Position numbers and translations under genes: made by a program. The notes below the pieces were generated by a model, which did not search any database, had not been told where the DNA came from, and saw nothing but the letters and a program-made list of their open reading frames with translations. Shown one piece after another: positions 14,071 to 27,179 of a stretch of DNA of 64,000 nt. The number at the start of each line of letters is the position of its first letter. Positions within the stretch are counted from its first letter, which is position 1. Location: positions 930,001 to 994,000 of the forward strand of contig CM061251.1 of the NCBI GenBank assembly GCA_022605425.2, given 5' to 3'. Source of the stretch: Hamiltosporidium tvaerminnensis FI-OER-3-3. Lineage: Eukaryota; Fungi; Microsporidia.

Positions 14071-14098
14071 ATTATAGTTTATTAGAAAATAAAATGTT

Positions 14099-14107
14099 AC
14101 TTTATTC
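14099..14107 (+). repeat. Left target-site duplication ACTTTATTC
   Basis: Identical 9-mer at 14704-14712; the bases flanking the two copies differ. Confidence 0.85.
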
Positions 14108-14703
14108 AGAAGAAGAATAAGATAACACTCATTGAAGTAGGAATCACTTCCCAAGATTCACTTCAAATAGTTGAAACTGAAAAACTTAGGAAGTATGACC
14201 TGCTAGCCAATGAGTTGGGCCTTATTTATAAGTGTAGTGTTGAGATAATCCCTTATGTGATGACCTGGGACGGTATTGTGACAAAATACCATAAATCTCA
14301 TCTTAAAAGACTAGAAATACCCATGAATGTAGAAGCATACATTCAGTCTATAGTACTTAAAAAGACAGTCGAAACTATTTCCTTTGATCGACGAAGAGGA
14401 CTTGAGTCAGGACTAAATGCCGAAGAGAGCTGGGAGAGAGCGTCAATGGGTGTTATTATGAGATCAGAGATGCATGAGGAACCAATACCCCCTTTAAAAG
14501 AAGCGAAAACAGAGGAAGATGGTGCCAAAAATTTTAAACCAAAATATAAAGCCCCCTTTATTTTACAAGGAGGAACCACTTTAGAGGAACCGACCAATAA
14601 CATAAATGAAGAGTCGGATTTGGAAGAAGAGACAAAAGTGGTCAAAGAGGTAGAAGAAAATATGTAAAAATGGTAAAAAATATTTTAACCCAGAATTTTA
14701 TTA
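14108..14703 (+). mobile_element. 5'-truncated non-LTR retrotransposon (RLE type, R2/R4/NeSL/CRE-like), 596-bp insertion
   Basis: GC-richer segment flanked by an exact 9-bp direct repeat ACTTTATTC (14099-14107 and 14704-14712). Removing the insert and one repeat restores colinearity with the empty site upstream of paralogue B (~35570-35645: gtaactctaatctctaaattaaagattaaattaaccagattt...gaaaaaactg). It encodes an RLE C-terminus followed by a short 3' UTR ending ...aacccagaattttatta. Confidence 0.9.
14110..14667 (+). CDS. Partial (5'-truncated) retrotransposon ORF: C-terminal PD-(D/E)xK restriction-like endonuclease domain plus acidic tail
   Basis: The frame is open from 14110: KKNKITLIEVGITSQDSLQIVETEKLRKYDLLANELGLIYKCSVEIIPYVMTWDGIV...IQSIVLKKT. 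It retains the IEV-x-I, K-x-x-K-Y and IIP...G motifs typical of RLE non-LTR elements. The upstream RPD motif, zinc knuckle and RT are missing. The TTG start at 14215 in the ORF track is internal. Confidence 0.85.
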   Translation, partial: KKNKITLIEVGITSQDSLQIVETEKLRKYDLLANELGLIYKCSVEIIPYVMTWDGIVTKYHKSHLKRLEIPMNVEAYIQSIVLKKTVETISFDRRRGLESGLNAEESWERASMGVIMRSEMHEEPIPPLKEAKTEEDGAKNFKPKYKAPFILQGGTTLEEPTNNINEESDLEEETKVVKEVEENM

Positions 14704-14712
14704 ACTTTATTC
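14704..14712 (+). repeat. Right target-site duplication ACTTTATTC
   Basis: Identical to 14099-14107. Confidence 0.85.
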
Positions 14713-17700
14713 TATAACTTTATGATTAAAATAACTAGACTTCTTTCATAAGTAGAAAAACTGCTTACATAAGTGACCACTTAACTTAGTAGATGAATAA
14801 CAAAAGAATGATCTAAAAATATAGATAACGGTATATTAAAATATTTTAACGTAAAACATATTAACTATAAGTAGAAATTCTAAATTTAGTAAAAATAAGT
14901 AAAATTATTATAAATACAATATTAAATTAAAAAAATCTAAAGAAGAAAAATGTTTATTAAAAATAAATGTAATACAATTATTTATTTAGAAGCCAAGGTT
15001 TAAATAAAAGATAAATACATACAAAAAACTTCAAATTAAACCTAAAAAGGAACTTGAAATAGTGTATTTCAATCTTAAAACCAAATAGCATTTATAAAAC
15101 TAAAATAAATAAATAAAAAACAGAATTGATAAATAAACCATGTTTCGAAACTAACGATTTAACTCTTATATATATACTTTGAAAAAAATGATTAAACTTA
15201 AAAACCACAGAATAAATAAATATTTTGTATCGTATGTAAAAAATATTACAAAAAACTATTAATGTAATACTTTTCAATCAACAATAATTTTATGACTTAC
15301 TTGACAAGAATAGATAAAAAATAAAAAAAATGTAAATAAACAACTTTCTACTGAATAAAATTTAAGGAATATAGTTTTAAAACTACATAGTATTGTAATA
15401 TTAATTTATTAAAAATAACAATTTCTAATTTTAAATAGAATTTTTGTGTATAGAATCAAATAAACCATCTGAAATGATTTTATAAGATGTATATCACATT
15501 TATCATGTGTTTGAAATTGCAATATTCAATAAAACCTGTAAAAAAACTAAAAACATCATAACTAAAAAGTAAAAAAGTTTTTTTTGTAAATATAGACTAT
15601 ATAATTGGGAAAATAATTAAAATAAAAGACATATATTAATAAAATTTTAATCTTAAAAAAAAGAAATTATTGAATATTAAAATGAAGAAAAACAGTGTTA
15701 ATCCAACCATATAGTTTTAAACAACTGGTAAATCACTGAACAACACATATATATAACAACTTTCTAAATTCCAATATAGTTTTTCAATGTGAAATAACGT
15801 AAAAAAGAAAAAATAACTTAGTAAATATATTTTAGGTAACATAATAACTTATTAAAAGTGTCATAACTCATTATCTCTGATTAAATATTATTATAACTGT
15901 ATAAAATAACAAACACAGAAATAATTTAGGTAAAATAAAAATATCATTAAGAGATATACAAGTAAAAAAAATAAATATGTGGGATAAAATTTATAGGGGA
16001 ATTAATAACTAAACAGAAAAATACTTCAAAGAAGTTTGCATCAAATCTCTAAATTTCTTTAAACATAGAGTGTTAAAAGTTTTTTAGTTATTTTTAGAGC
16101 AACTATGAAATCTTAACCTTCATACATTTCTATATACATTTTTTTATATTGTTGGAATCTTTAATACGAATATATGATACTAATAAAAACCAATCAGGTG
16201 CCAAAAATAAACCCTAAATACCAGAAATATTATAATAACATTGAAATGTGTCATATCATGAAAATCAGTTTCTTTTGATCGATTTTTTTGTTAAAACATA
16301 TACATTTTATAAGCCTTCTTTTGATTTTGGAATCGATCATTTCACTATATTAAAACCTTCTACTTAAAACTAAACATTTACGCATTGCAAATTTCGAAAT
16401 ATTCGTCCAGATTATATCCTAAAAAAACAAACATTATTCATATGAACTTATCAAAGTAATTTGCAAGAATTTTTAACGAGTTAATCTTATATCTGTTAAT
16501 AAATTTTTCTATAATTCTTAATATGTTTTTTAATATATACATTACATGCTGAAAATTAAAAAGAATATATCAAAAAACTTCGAAGCAAGATCAGAAAAAA
16601 AGATTGCACCCTGTTAAATACAATTAATTAGACATCTCTGATATGTCTTCTATAATTTATAGATATTAAAATGTAGGTTTTTTCGAATATATTTTTTATA
16701 AATATCACAGTGTCACTCAATATCCCGAAACCAGTCAAAGAAAGATAAAATTCATATAAAAAACAAAATTTAAATTTAAAAGAAATTTAATAGGTTGATA
16801 TAAAACCATTTGTAACATCTGTATAAGTTGATAAGAAAAAATTCGTATACTACTTAATTTCATTTTTTTTTCTATTTCAATCTTTTCATATAGTATATAC
16901 AAAACATATCTAATAAGGTTCAAAAACGAAGAGTAGTAAAGTTTAGCAAAAACCTAATTTGAAAAAAACCAGATTTTATAATTATTGATATTTTTGTATA
17001 ATTTATCAGATTTTCACGCATATGATTTTTTAAATTTTTTTTTCAAATATTCATATTTTCAATACGACTATATGTAACTATATCGACCGTATTAGAGAAT
17101 TTATGATCACAGAAAATTATAAAAATCATCTAGAAATTTTATTTAAAACACAGTTATTGACTTATGACAAAATATTTTGTTATATTCAAAGGAATTTTCA
17201 GGTTTTTAATCAGTTATCTTTTAAATCTTTTATGAAAAATTTTGAAAGGCTTACACATTATATACAAAATAGGTTAACAAAGAGCAAAAAAAATGTATAA
17301 AATAATGTCTTGGAAGATTGTAAAATTTTATTAAAAACACAATTATTTGTTTCTTTAAGAGATATTTCCCTGTATTTCTAGTTGTTTTAAACTATTTGAA
17401 CATATACTTTGCCATAATATTTTTTGATAATTCTCAATTAGTTTCATATACCATATACAAATATAGAAAGAAAAAAATCAAAAAAAACAGGATATGAAGA
17501 TAGGCATAAACTTAATCAAATTTTATAACAAATATTCGTATTATTCTTACTTTTTTTAATAATTTTAGAGTTTTTCTTTTTTACACAGTATTTTTTAAAT
17601 TAAAAATCATTAATACTGCTAGATGTAACTTCATTAAGCCTAATAAAAAAAATCAAGCAATATGAAAACCTAATAAAAATTACTAGATTTTATTTTTAAC

Positions 17701-20700
17701 TATGGGAAAAATTATTCCTTGGTCTCAGCTATATTCCTTCTAATTATCAGCAAGAACATATGCATTTTCGAATTATATTTTTCATATATTCATACTACTA
17801 TATGCAAAACAAATAAAACATGTATGAAAAAATATACTGAAACGAATTTATAAAAAATATAATGTAAATTTATATGATAAGGATACCTTCTACTTATGAT
17901 ATACTGATATATCATATTTGCGATGTTTTAGAAATACAATTCGGTATTATTTTGAATAAATTGTTTTCTTCTTCAAAATTACTTCATACACAATATACTA
18001 TGCATTCATGACAAATTTGCTAAAAAGAAATTTAGAAATTTACTTTCAGAACATCGAAGTTTATTCCAAATGGACTTCGTAGCTTATTTTAAGACAACTC
18101 GATAGATTAATTAGATTTTGTTGCATACCTTTAATTTTTTTTCGTTGATTTTTTGTTAATTTACAAATCTTGAAATATTATAGGTATATATGCCTTAAAA
18201 AATCCAAAAAAATTGATACTCAAAAAATTCTTCAAAATGACTTACGATTATCATAAAGCGTAAAAATTTGCTTGCCGATCGTATTTTTATATTAATCGGA
18301 GCTTTATTCGGTGTTTAATTGTGTATTTTTACATCTAGATTTTTTCATAATTCTGTGATCTTTGAACAAACATATACAAAATATATCAAGCAAGTTTGTT
18401 AAATAGGCAATAAAAATTGAAAAGAAACAAATAGATTTTTTAGAAGACATTTATATAAACAGTAAAAGTTTAATGAGATGTATTTTTGGAAATTTCTAGG
18501 CATATAGCCGATACTATTTTTACCCCAATTTTTTTTTTGATTTTTTTAAATCTTGTGTAAGACTATACAAAATCCGATTAAACAAATCCAAAAAAAATTA
18601 AAAATATATTGTGATACATCGAATCTTTAGAAGCTATATGTAATATTTTTGGCAGTCTTTAGTTTATAAATTATATATAATTTTGTTTAATTGAATTTTT
18701 GAATTTATAATAGAATATATCAATAATAATCTTAAAAAATATCAAAAATTTAATAGCAAGCTAAATTTATTTTTTATAAATGATTTAAAAGCGGTAAAAT
18801 CATACATTATCTATTTTCAATACTTTTCATCAATCAAAGCATTATTATTTTTATTTTATATTTGAGGATAACATTCGAATCGTTCTATATAGTATATACA
18901 AAATGTAACAAATATTTTTTAAAAAATTCAATACGAAAAATGCAAATAAAATATGTTAAAACTCGATAAAAACATAATATTAATGATTTTTTAAGAGCAT
19001 ATATGAACAGTGGTATATTTTTATGGTAATAGTTAAGGTATTTAGTAAACATTATAAAATTATGTTCGTAAAGGTTAATAGTAAGTTTTTGGAGGTAGAG
19101 ATTGTCATAAATGAAAAGTAACACTTTTATTTACTTATACCCATATGATTCTGCGAAACAAAGAGTAATTTTTAAAGTTGTCTATTAAATTAATAATTAA
19201 GTCTATATTGGTTTTTAATTAACAGATCCGATCTAAAAAATTTAATAGTTAAATAGTAGAACTTAAATTAAAGTAAAGAACAGGTAATTTAAATTTTAAA
19301 CCCCTTTCAAACTATATCATTATTTAAACATTACCCTTGAATTATATTTTATTAGTAGGGTTATTGCTATAATACACCATATTTTAAATACAAATCTTAT
19401 TTTTACTATTTTTGTATAATTTGTAAAAAAGCCAGTCTTAGGTTGATTTTGAAGAAAGGAATTTATAAAAAAAGTAAATTTATTAGAATAAGAATGGCAC
19501 CCAGTATATAATTCTTTGAGAGTGTCAAACAAATAAAAGAATCAAATGTATGAAAAAATATAAGAAGGTAGAACTTTTAATTTAAAAACATAAAAACTTC
19601 GTTGATTATAGCTTTTCTAATATAAAATTATAAATTGAACTAAAAACGATATTTAGTGGATGTTGGTTATTATTTTTAATCATACATTTCATGCTTTTTA
19701 TTGGAAGAAATATTCTTAATGTTTTGGAAAAAAATATTCTCAAAGATATATATATTTGTGAACTGGAAGCGAAAATTTAAATGTGGAAGGTTCATAAAAG
19801 AATGTAAATAAAAGACTATGAAATGCGCCAATTCTTAAATATAAAATATACAACATTTAATTAAAGAATGAATCGTATTTTAAAATAGTGTTTTGAAAAA
19901 GTTATTTTCTATATTGATATTATTTAAGTAAAATTTTTATTCCCTTATTTTAAATTCTAAATTTCTTACCTTTATTTCTAAGCTAGGTTATAAGGATTTG
20001 ATTCATGAAGAGAAAATAGTATAGTGTTTAGATTCATAAGTGTATTAATGGCAATAATTATTCTTTAGTTTACGAATCCAAACCTTCGTAATTTAAACAA
20101 AGTATCAGTCTTTGAACACAATCAATGATAGTAACGAATATGTATAGATTTATAAAAACTATATGCACCTAGCACTTTCTCATTTAAAAAATATTAAAGA
20201 TGTAAGTGAACGCGAAAAGTAACTTGTAAATTATAAGAAATTATTAGATTAGGGAGCGTGAAAAATAAATTGTTTCCATGAAGACAGTACTATTTAAAAT
20301 AAAGATATTTATTTAATTTATAAAAAATGTTTTGAAAAATTGATTATTTTTACTTCTGTATAATTTTAATTTTCTGTGGTCTTTTCATAAGAGGATATAA
20401 ATCATTGTATATTCTAGGGTTTTAGGGAATGTAAGACTATGAAAGAAGTAGAATTTCTATAATACAAAGAGTTTATAAAATGATAGCTTTAATCTCATAA
20501 TGCAAGAATCAATATTGCTTATAATTACTAATTTATAATAAATTTAGTCGAGAACTCTAATCCATAGAGTAAAATCATAATGGATATGTTCTTTTGGATT
20601 GCAAGTGTTTAAAAAAAATTAATTAAACCTATATGACGCATAGATATATTCAAACGATTATATATTATAATCTCGGTAGTTTATACTTAGCTTTTAAGTT

Positions 20701-23700
20701 TTTCTACATTGTATTAAGAAGACTAAAAGCTAAAAAACATTAATTTACATTGTGAGTTTAACTATATTTTGAAAAATGAATTTTTCTTCAAATTTTTTTT
20801 TTCAAGAAAGGGTTTAAATTAAATAATCCATTTTCTTGAATATGCTTCTTTAATCATATATCAATATTAAAATGGATCAATAGACAATACGAAAATAAGA
20901 TCAAGATAGGTTAGGTATTTTTTTATAAAAATATATGTGCCTTAATACATATAAGTCTACATATAAGATATAAAATATGTAATATTTTTAATGCATATTG
21001 CGAATTTTAGTATTATATGTACTCACTTTGAAATTATGAAAAAAATATAACTATTCATATGATATATACTATAAGAAAATTTAAAAGCAGTACTATAGAG
21101 TAACATAGAAATGGTGGTAAAAAAATATTTTGTTATGTTTTTCTCAAATATATACAGAAAAATATTTTACTGCAAATGCATGCTCTCAAAATATATTCCT
21201 TTAAAGAGTTTTCCAACAAAGCCAAATATTATATTTTATTTTAACTTAATTTTAGAACTATTTAAAGTAAAAAACATTAGAAACCTGAAATTTGGTCTTT
21301 TTGCTGCTATAAAATTAAAAAAATAACAACAGAAAAAAAATTGTGTATATAATTCCTTCTAAACTTAAAAATAAGATTTTATTCATAAAAGATTTTGAAG
21401 TAAAAGGTTCTAAATACTTAGTTTAATAAATATTACAAGTTTTTATAGTTTATATGCTTTGATTAAACATTTGTTTTTCTTCGTACTATATATTATCTTA
21501 ATTGTCTCCTTAAAATTTAACTACCCTGGCTTTTTACTATCGTATAATATTTTCGGCTGCCAAATGTTGTCGATACCAATTTTTTTAATTATAAAACATT
21601 CTGTAATTTTTATTTTACTTCTATATCAATTCGCCTATTCGATGAATATTGACTTAATCGCAAAAATGCATGCCGTTACTTTTAGCTCATTTTATGAAAT
21701 AGTTTCAGCTCTCTTAGTTCATTTAGAATATTTTTAATTCAGTTTGCTGTATGATTGAGATAAATGCTTGAGGTATTTAAAAAAAAAATTTATAATCAAG
21801 CTTATCTCTAAATAGATATTTAGAGTTTTTTCATCGTGCTTTTATAGTATTTTGTCCTGCCCGGTAATTTTTTCCAATTAAGAGTTCCATAAATATGCTC
21901 ATTCATAATGAATCACTTAGGAATAGTAAAGCACCGCCTGTATTTCTCTTCAAAAGTATGAAAGAGTATCTTGTTGTGTGAATTATAGCATTCTTACAAT
22001 AGTTTTAACATCAGATCGTAAATTATGCATTTCTATTCATTTGTTAAGGGTTTGACAGAATGATTTAATGTGGTAACTATTTCGATGTATGATTAACACA
22101 TCCGAGAATTTCTTAAATATATTGACCATACATCTGTTTTTAGATTAGGTTTTTATCTAGTGACTATGTGCATAGCAGGTATCTAAGAGTTAAATTAATG
22201 GTATCAATAAGTTATTTGAGAACATTCTATTACATTGACTCATAAAATTCAAAATACCTATGATAATTCTAAATTTTTAGTCTTTCTGTCTGTCTCTAAT
22301 AAATTTATATAATATTTACTGCAGAACGACTTTTAGTTTTTATGCCCAAAATTTCTCATTCTTCTGCCATTTCCGAGAATTTTTACAGACATATGCCTAT
22401 TATTTCGAGCTTATTATAGTCTTTGGAATAAGTTTGTTATATAATAGTTATAGATTGTGCCGGTGAGGGTATATGTATTTTTTAGACTTTTACGCTTTTT
22501 TTATAAACCTCTTGAAAAATACGTCATTCAAAAAAAGCAACTTTTTTTACTAAAATATTTCTTTGATTGACTTTTACACAAATTACAATATGAATTTAAC
22601 AAAATAGATTCCAACTATAATTCTTCCAAATATAAAATCTATTATATTAATATACAGATTTTCTAGCTCGTTACATCTACTTTAGTAGTTAATAATGACA
22701 AAGATCATCCTAAGGTTTGTATATACATGATTCTTTTAAGTCGAAATGATATTGAACATATATTTTGATATTCTCCCGAGAGTTTCTTATTATGAAATAT
22801 TCATAACAATTATACCTAAAAAAATATGTTTATGAAAAAAAAAGTAAGGTAATTTTTTAATACATTCTAAACAACAGTGAGAAAATTAAATACTACTTAG
22901 TAGAAATAAAAAACATTATTTTTTAACTGATAGATACAAATTATTTATTTCTTAATACTTCAAAAATTAAAAAAATTTATGAAGAAAGTAAGATTTTTAG
23001 ATGCAAGTTTTTTATTAGAATATAATTTTGAGAAGAGAGAAAAAAATTAATAACAAGTATTACTAATAAATATAAAATCTAAAAAGAATAATTTTCCGAG
23101 AATGTTAAAATATCGATACATGAAAATATATGAAGAATACATTCAAACAGTCAAGGCATCAAGTTTAAAGTAAAAAATTTCTTCTTAAAAAGTTTATTAC
23201 TTCTTACAATATTCTAATTTCTATATAACACATAATATGTTAGAAAGCTATTATGATCTAAAAAATAAAATATGTTTTTAAATAGATAAATCAAAAGTCT
23301 TAATAAATTTCTAAGTCTGCTTTGAAATATTAAATATCAGAAATAAAAATTTTTAAAAAGCCAAATAACTAATAAATGTATTCCATAAGCGAGCGCTTAA
23401 TACGTTGAAAACTTGTAAGTTCATTCTAAATACGTTATAGATATAGTAATTTCTTCTTATAACTATCTAAAACATTTATAACTCAAAATTTAATCTATAA
23501 CATAAAGCTAAGATTTCCGAGAATAAATATCAAAATATAAATCTAACGTTATAAAACTAAATAAAGAATATGATAGCAGGATCCAAAGATTATTACTTAA
23601 AACCGAATTGCGTTATAAAGGCGCAATTATGGGTATAAGACGTAAATCATATTCTGCTGTACATTCAATATAGTTCAATAAAAACGCTTTTCCCAGGGCA

Positions 23701-24539
23701 AACATTACAATCTATCTATTTTTATCAAATCGCTTAGATAACAAAAATGCTTTTCGGATAATTCCCTACAAAAATAACGAAAACAACTCTTGAAGAGAAT
23801 CAAATAGAAATAAATGTTTAGAATTGCTTAAAATAAAAATATTTAAAATGGTAATAAAATAATCTAATAGCTCACTAAAAAACATTTCTAAAGAGAACTA
23901 CCGCTATAAAAAGAATTATTTAAATTTCGCCTATTCTGTCCGTTCATAACTGTTTAAAGCAAAAGAACTAAAATTATTTTTTTCGACTTAATTCTACATA
24001 ATAATTATAATGACAAAAATTTTCAGATTTTAACAAAGTAATACAATAACAAAATACACATAGTTAATTTTTTTATTAACTTTACAATATTGTTACAAAG
24101 GATATTCTTAAAAATTTAAATATCTTTTATACATTTATAAAAAGCTATAGCTTATCATATTTTACTCTTGCAAATTTTCTAAGAAATTAGAATTAGCAAT
24201 TGGATGAAAATTTATTTTAATTTAAACAAGTTACCCGAAAAATAAATTACCCAACTGAAACTTATTGAAAAAAAAAGTAGAATTTATAGTTTATTGAAAC
24301 TAACCCTCCTTATGAAATAATGTTCCCTTTTTCTCTGGTGAAACGAATCATTTTTATTTTTTTTGAAAATTAAAAGAGGACAAGATAGTTTAGAATACAG
24401 AATGTCATCCAAATAAAACAGACCAATGGATTCATCTTTTTTTACATTTCAAAATGTACTGATATTTGCATTTTAAAACTGTCTTTATGCAATTGCAAAA
24501 TTATAGGAACATGCAACAATCGAAAGATCTATTTCTTTT

Positions 24540-27060
24540 TTAGTTGAAACGTTTTGTCTAAAGATTTTTTTATCCTCAGTTTTTTGTATATGACATTTAG
24601 AAGATACTAGTTTAAAGATGAATTTTCAGATATTTTATTTTGTAATCAAATTTAAAACAAAAAAAATCATAAAATTAAGATTCAAATTAAAATATCAGAA
24701 AATTCGCTTTTTAACTAAGATCTTTATAAATGCTATATATATTAGAAAGTAGGATTCTAAAATTACTTTTACAATTATTGATTCATCAGAAAAGAAAAAA
24801 ACCTATAAAGACGATTGCATGGTATATAACTCCCTTAGAATTAATTATACCATGGAGGTTTTTAAAATATTTAAATAAAGTAAGGCTTGTAAATTGCAAT
24901 ATAAAAGAAGTGAAATAAATTGTAAAAGTAAATTTTGTAATATAATGACAAGGTCATTTCAAATATAAAATTTGATCTATTTTTGTTCCTATGGTGTATT
25001 GATATGAGGTTAAGCATACAATATTTTTATATTTTTTTATATATATTTACATTTTTTGGTATGAAGGTCTTATCCTAGTTTAGAGCCTGAGTAATACCGG
25101 CTCGGGGGTTTTCTATTATTATTTTTTTAGTTTTAATGTAATTCCCGAACAAAAAAAACGTTTTTTTTAATTTCTGACAAAAAAAATTAATAGTCAATAT
25201 TATTTTAAGATCTGCAATTTTGTTTTGGCACACTAAAATCACCAATTATTATTATATATTTAATCTTTTAACATTTTGCAATATAGGCATAATTAAAATT
25301 TTTTTGTTGGTCTCCATACTTATACCAGAATAATTGTGTTCTAACCCTGCTATATAACGCAATTATCTTCACTTTCATAATACCCTTTTCATCTTAGAAT
25401 AAAAATATATTTCGTTGAAAATTTAAGCTTTTCAATAAAATTATTTTTCAACTTATAATGTATTTACAAAAAGAGGTTAAAATTTTATAATATATACACG
25501 AAGAACAAAATTTACACCTCATTTAACGTTTCTTTTTTCCACGATAAAAAATACTTTTATTGGAATAATAATAAAAAATATAAACTTTTTAGACAGCTAT
25601 TATCATAAGATTATTTCCTAAATTTTTATTTCAAAAAAAAATGGATATCTCGAACACAAACGTATATCTAACAAAAATTTTAGTAAAATATTTCCTGCAG
25701 CAAATTTACCTTCTTAACTTTTTTTAAAAATTTATAATTTCCGTTTACATATCTTATATCTTTAAAAGACTTTTCCTAGATTTTCAAATTTCTCTGGAAA
25801 TAGTCAAAAAAAAAAAATTATTCATTAAAGATTACAATAAAGATACAACAAGGGTTAAATAATAACCTAATAGAGAATTTAATTTTCTTCCCAGATTTGG
25901 CATTAGCACTACATCAGAACGGCTTCAGCAGTAAAGTCATTTTTTCTATCATTTATGTTGAGAAAATTAGATATTTAAAGCGAGTAGGTATATACCAAGA
26001 AAAACTTCTAAAAGCCTTACAATACTTATTTTTAACCAAAATTTCTTATCCGCTTTGAGAAAACAAAAAGAAAAAGTATAAGTAATATCTATTTAATATA
26101 GCACCAAGAAAATAGGAACATAGTAAACGGATATATGCTTTTAATATAAAGAAAACTAAATGTAAATCAAGAAATAATTCTAAAATTTCAAAGGCATTCT
26201 TTTTTTTTCTTTAAAAAAGTAATTGGGTAAATTTAAATATCTTCGGAATATTTTGATTTTTTTTTTTGATAAAAATATTTTTTTGAAAAATTGAACATCT
26301 TTCTAAAAAAAATATTTTTCAATTAAATCTTTTGACTTTTTTTAGAATAGATTTATTAGTTATAGAATACAAGTAACTTACCGATTTTTTTTATCAGCAT
26401 ATTACAGATTTTTAATAGGCATTAAAGGTAAATCCAAAGCCTTCAAACTAGTTTATAAAATACTCATAACATTCTTATGACAGATAAAATCGGAATTAAA
26501 AATTGTTTTAAGGTAAAAATGATGAGAATAAGGGGTTTGAACCGTCGAGAAAAAAGCAGTGATCATATAGAATTTAGCTTATATGAATTAGGTTCATATT
26601 CTAATATAGTCACAAAATATTTTTTTGCTTGAAACGGTTGCATATTTTATTTGATAATCTATTCCGAAATTTAAATAAACTGCAAATTGTCGATTTGCGG
26701 AGACTATATGGTAACTAAGTATAAAATTAAAATATTTATGGTACAAAGAAATATTAAACTTCTATTATATGTAAGTATATCTGCAAACCCTTAATAATTT
26801 TACTAAGTATACCAAAAATCAAACTATACTATCTGAGAAATATAGCGGAATGTAAAATTTTTGGTTTCTATTAAAATTTTAAAATTTAAGAAAATTAACG
26901 TGATGTGTGAATTTTCTTTTCTGCGTCAAACATGAACCATTATTTACATATGATAATTCAAGAACGACATATACAATTAGTTAAAACTTCAAAAAATACT
27001 AATTTTAGAAACATCCAGAATTACAAAGACAAATAACCCTTTAGTATATTGAGAAAATTT
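24540..27060 (-). pseudogene. Degenerate family gene H1 (divergent from P1)
   Basis: Minus-strand fragments ENSHITLIFLNFKILI, NAFEILELFLDL and LLNVIYKKLRIKNL*. Colinear paralogue at ~47367-49065 plus ~50895-51720. Confidence 0.55.
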
Positions 27061-27179
27061 ATTTTTGGAATGAGGTAGTGTTAAAATATCAACAGTAATA
27101 AGAAACAGCTAGATTTAGACATAAAGGTTTGGTACAGATCATAATTTGTCTTTTATGTAAGAATTAAACTTCACTACAT

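Noticed and set aside
14343-14645. 100-aa minus-strand ORF
   Set aside because: Antisense shadow of the retrotransposon ORF.
21400-24050. Possible element remnant (21.4-22.5 kb) and LRR-like remnant (22.5-24.0 kb)
   Set aside because: The texture looks coding-like, but no diagnostic motif or in-window paralogue supports a call.
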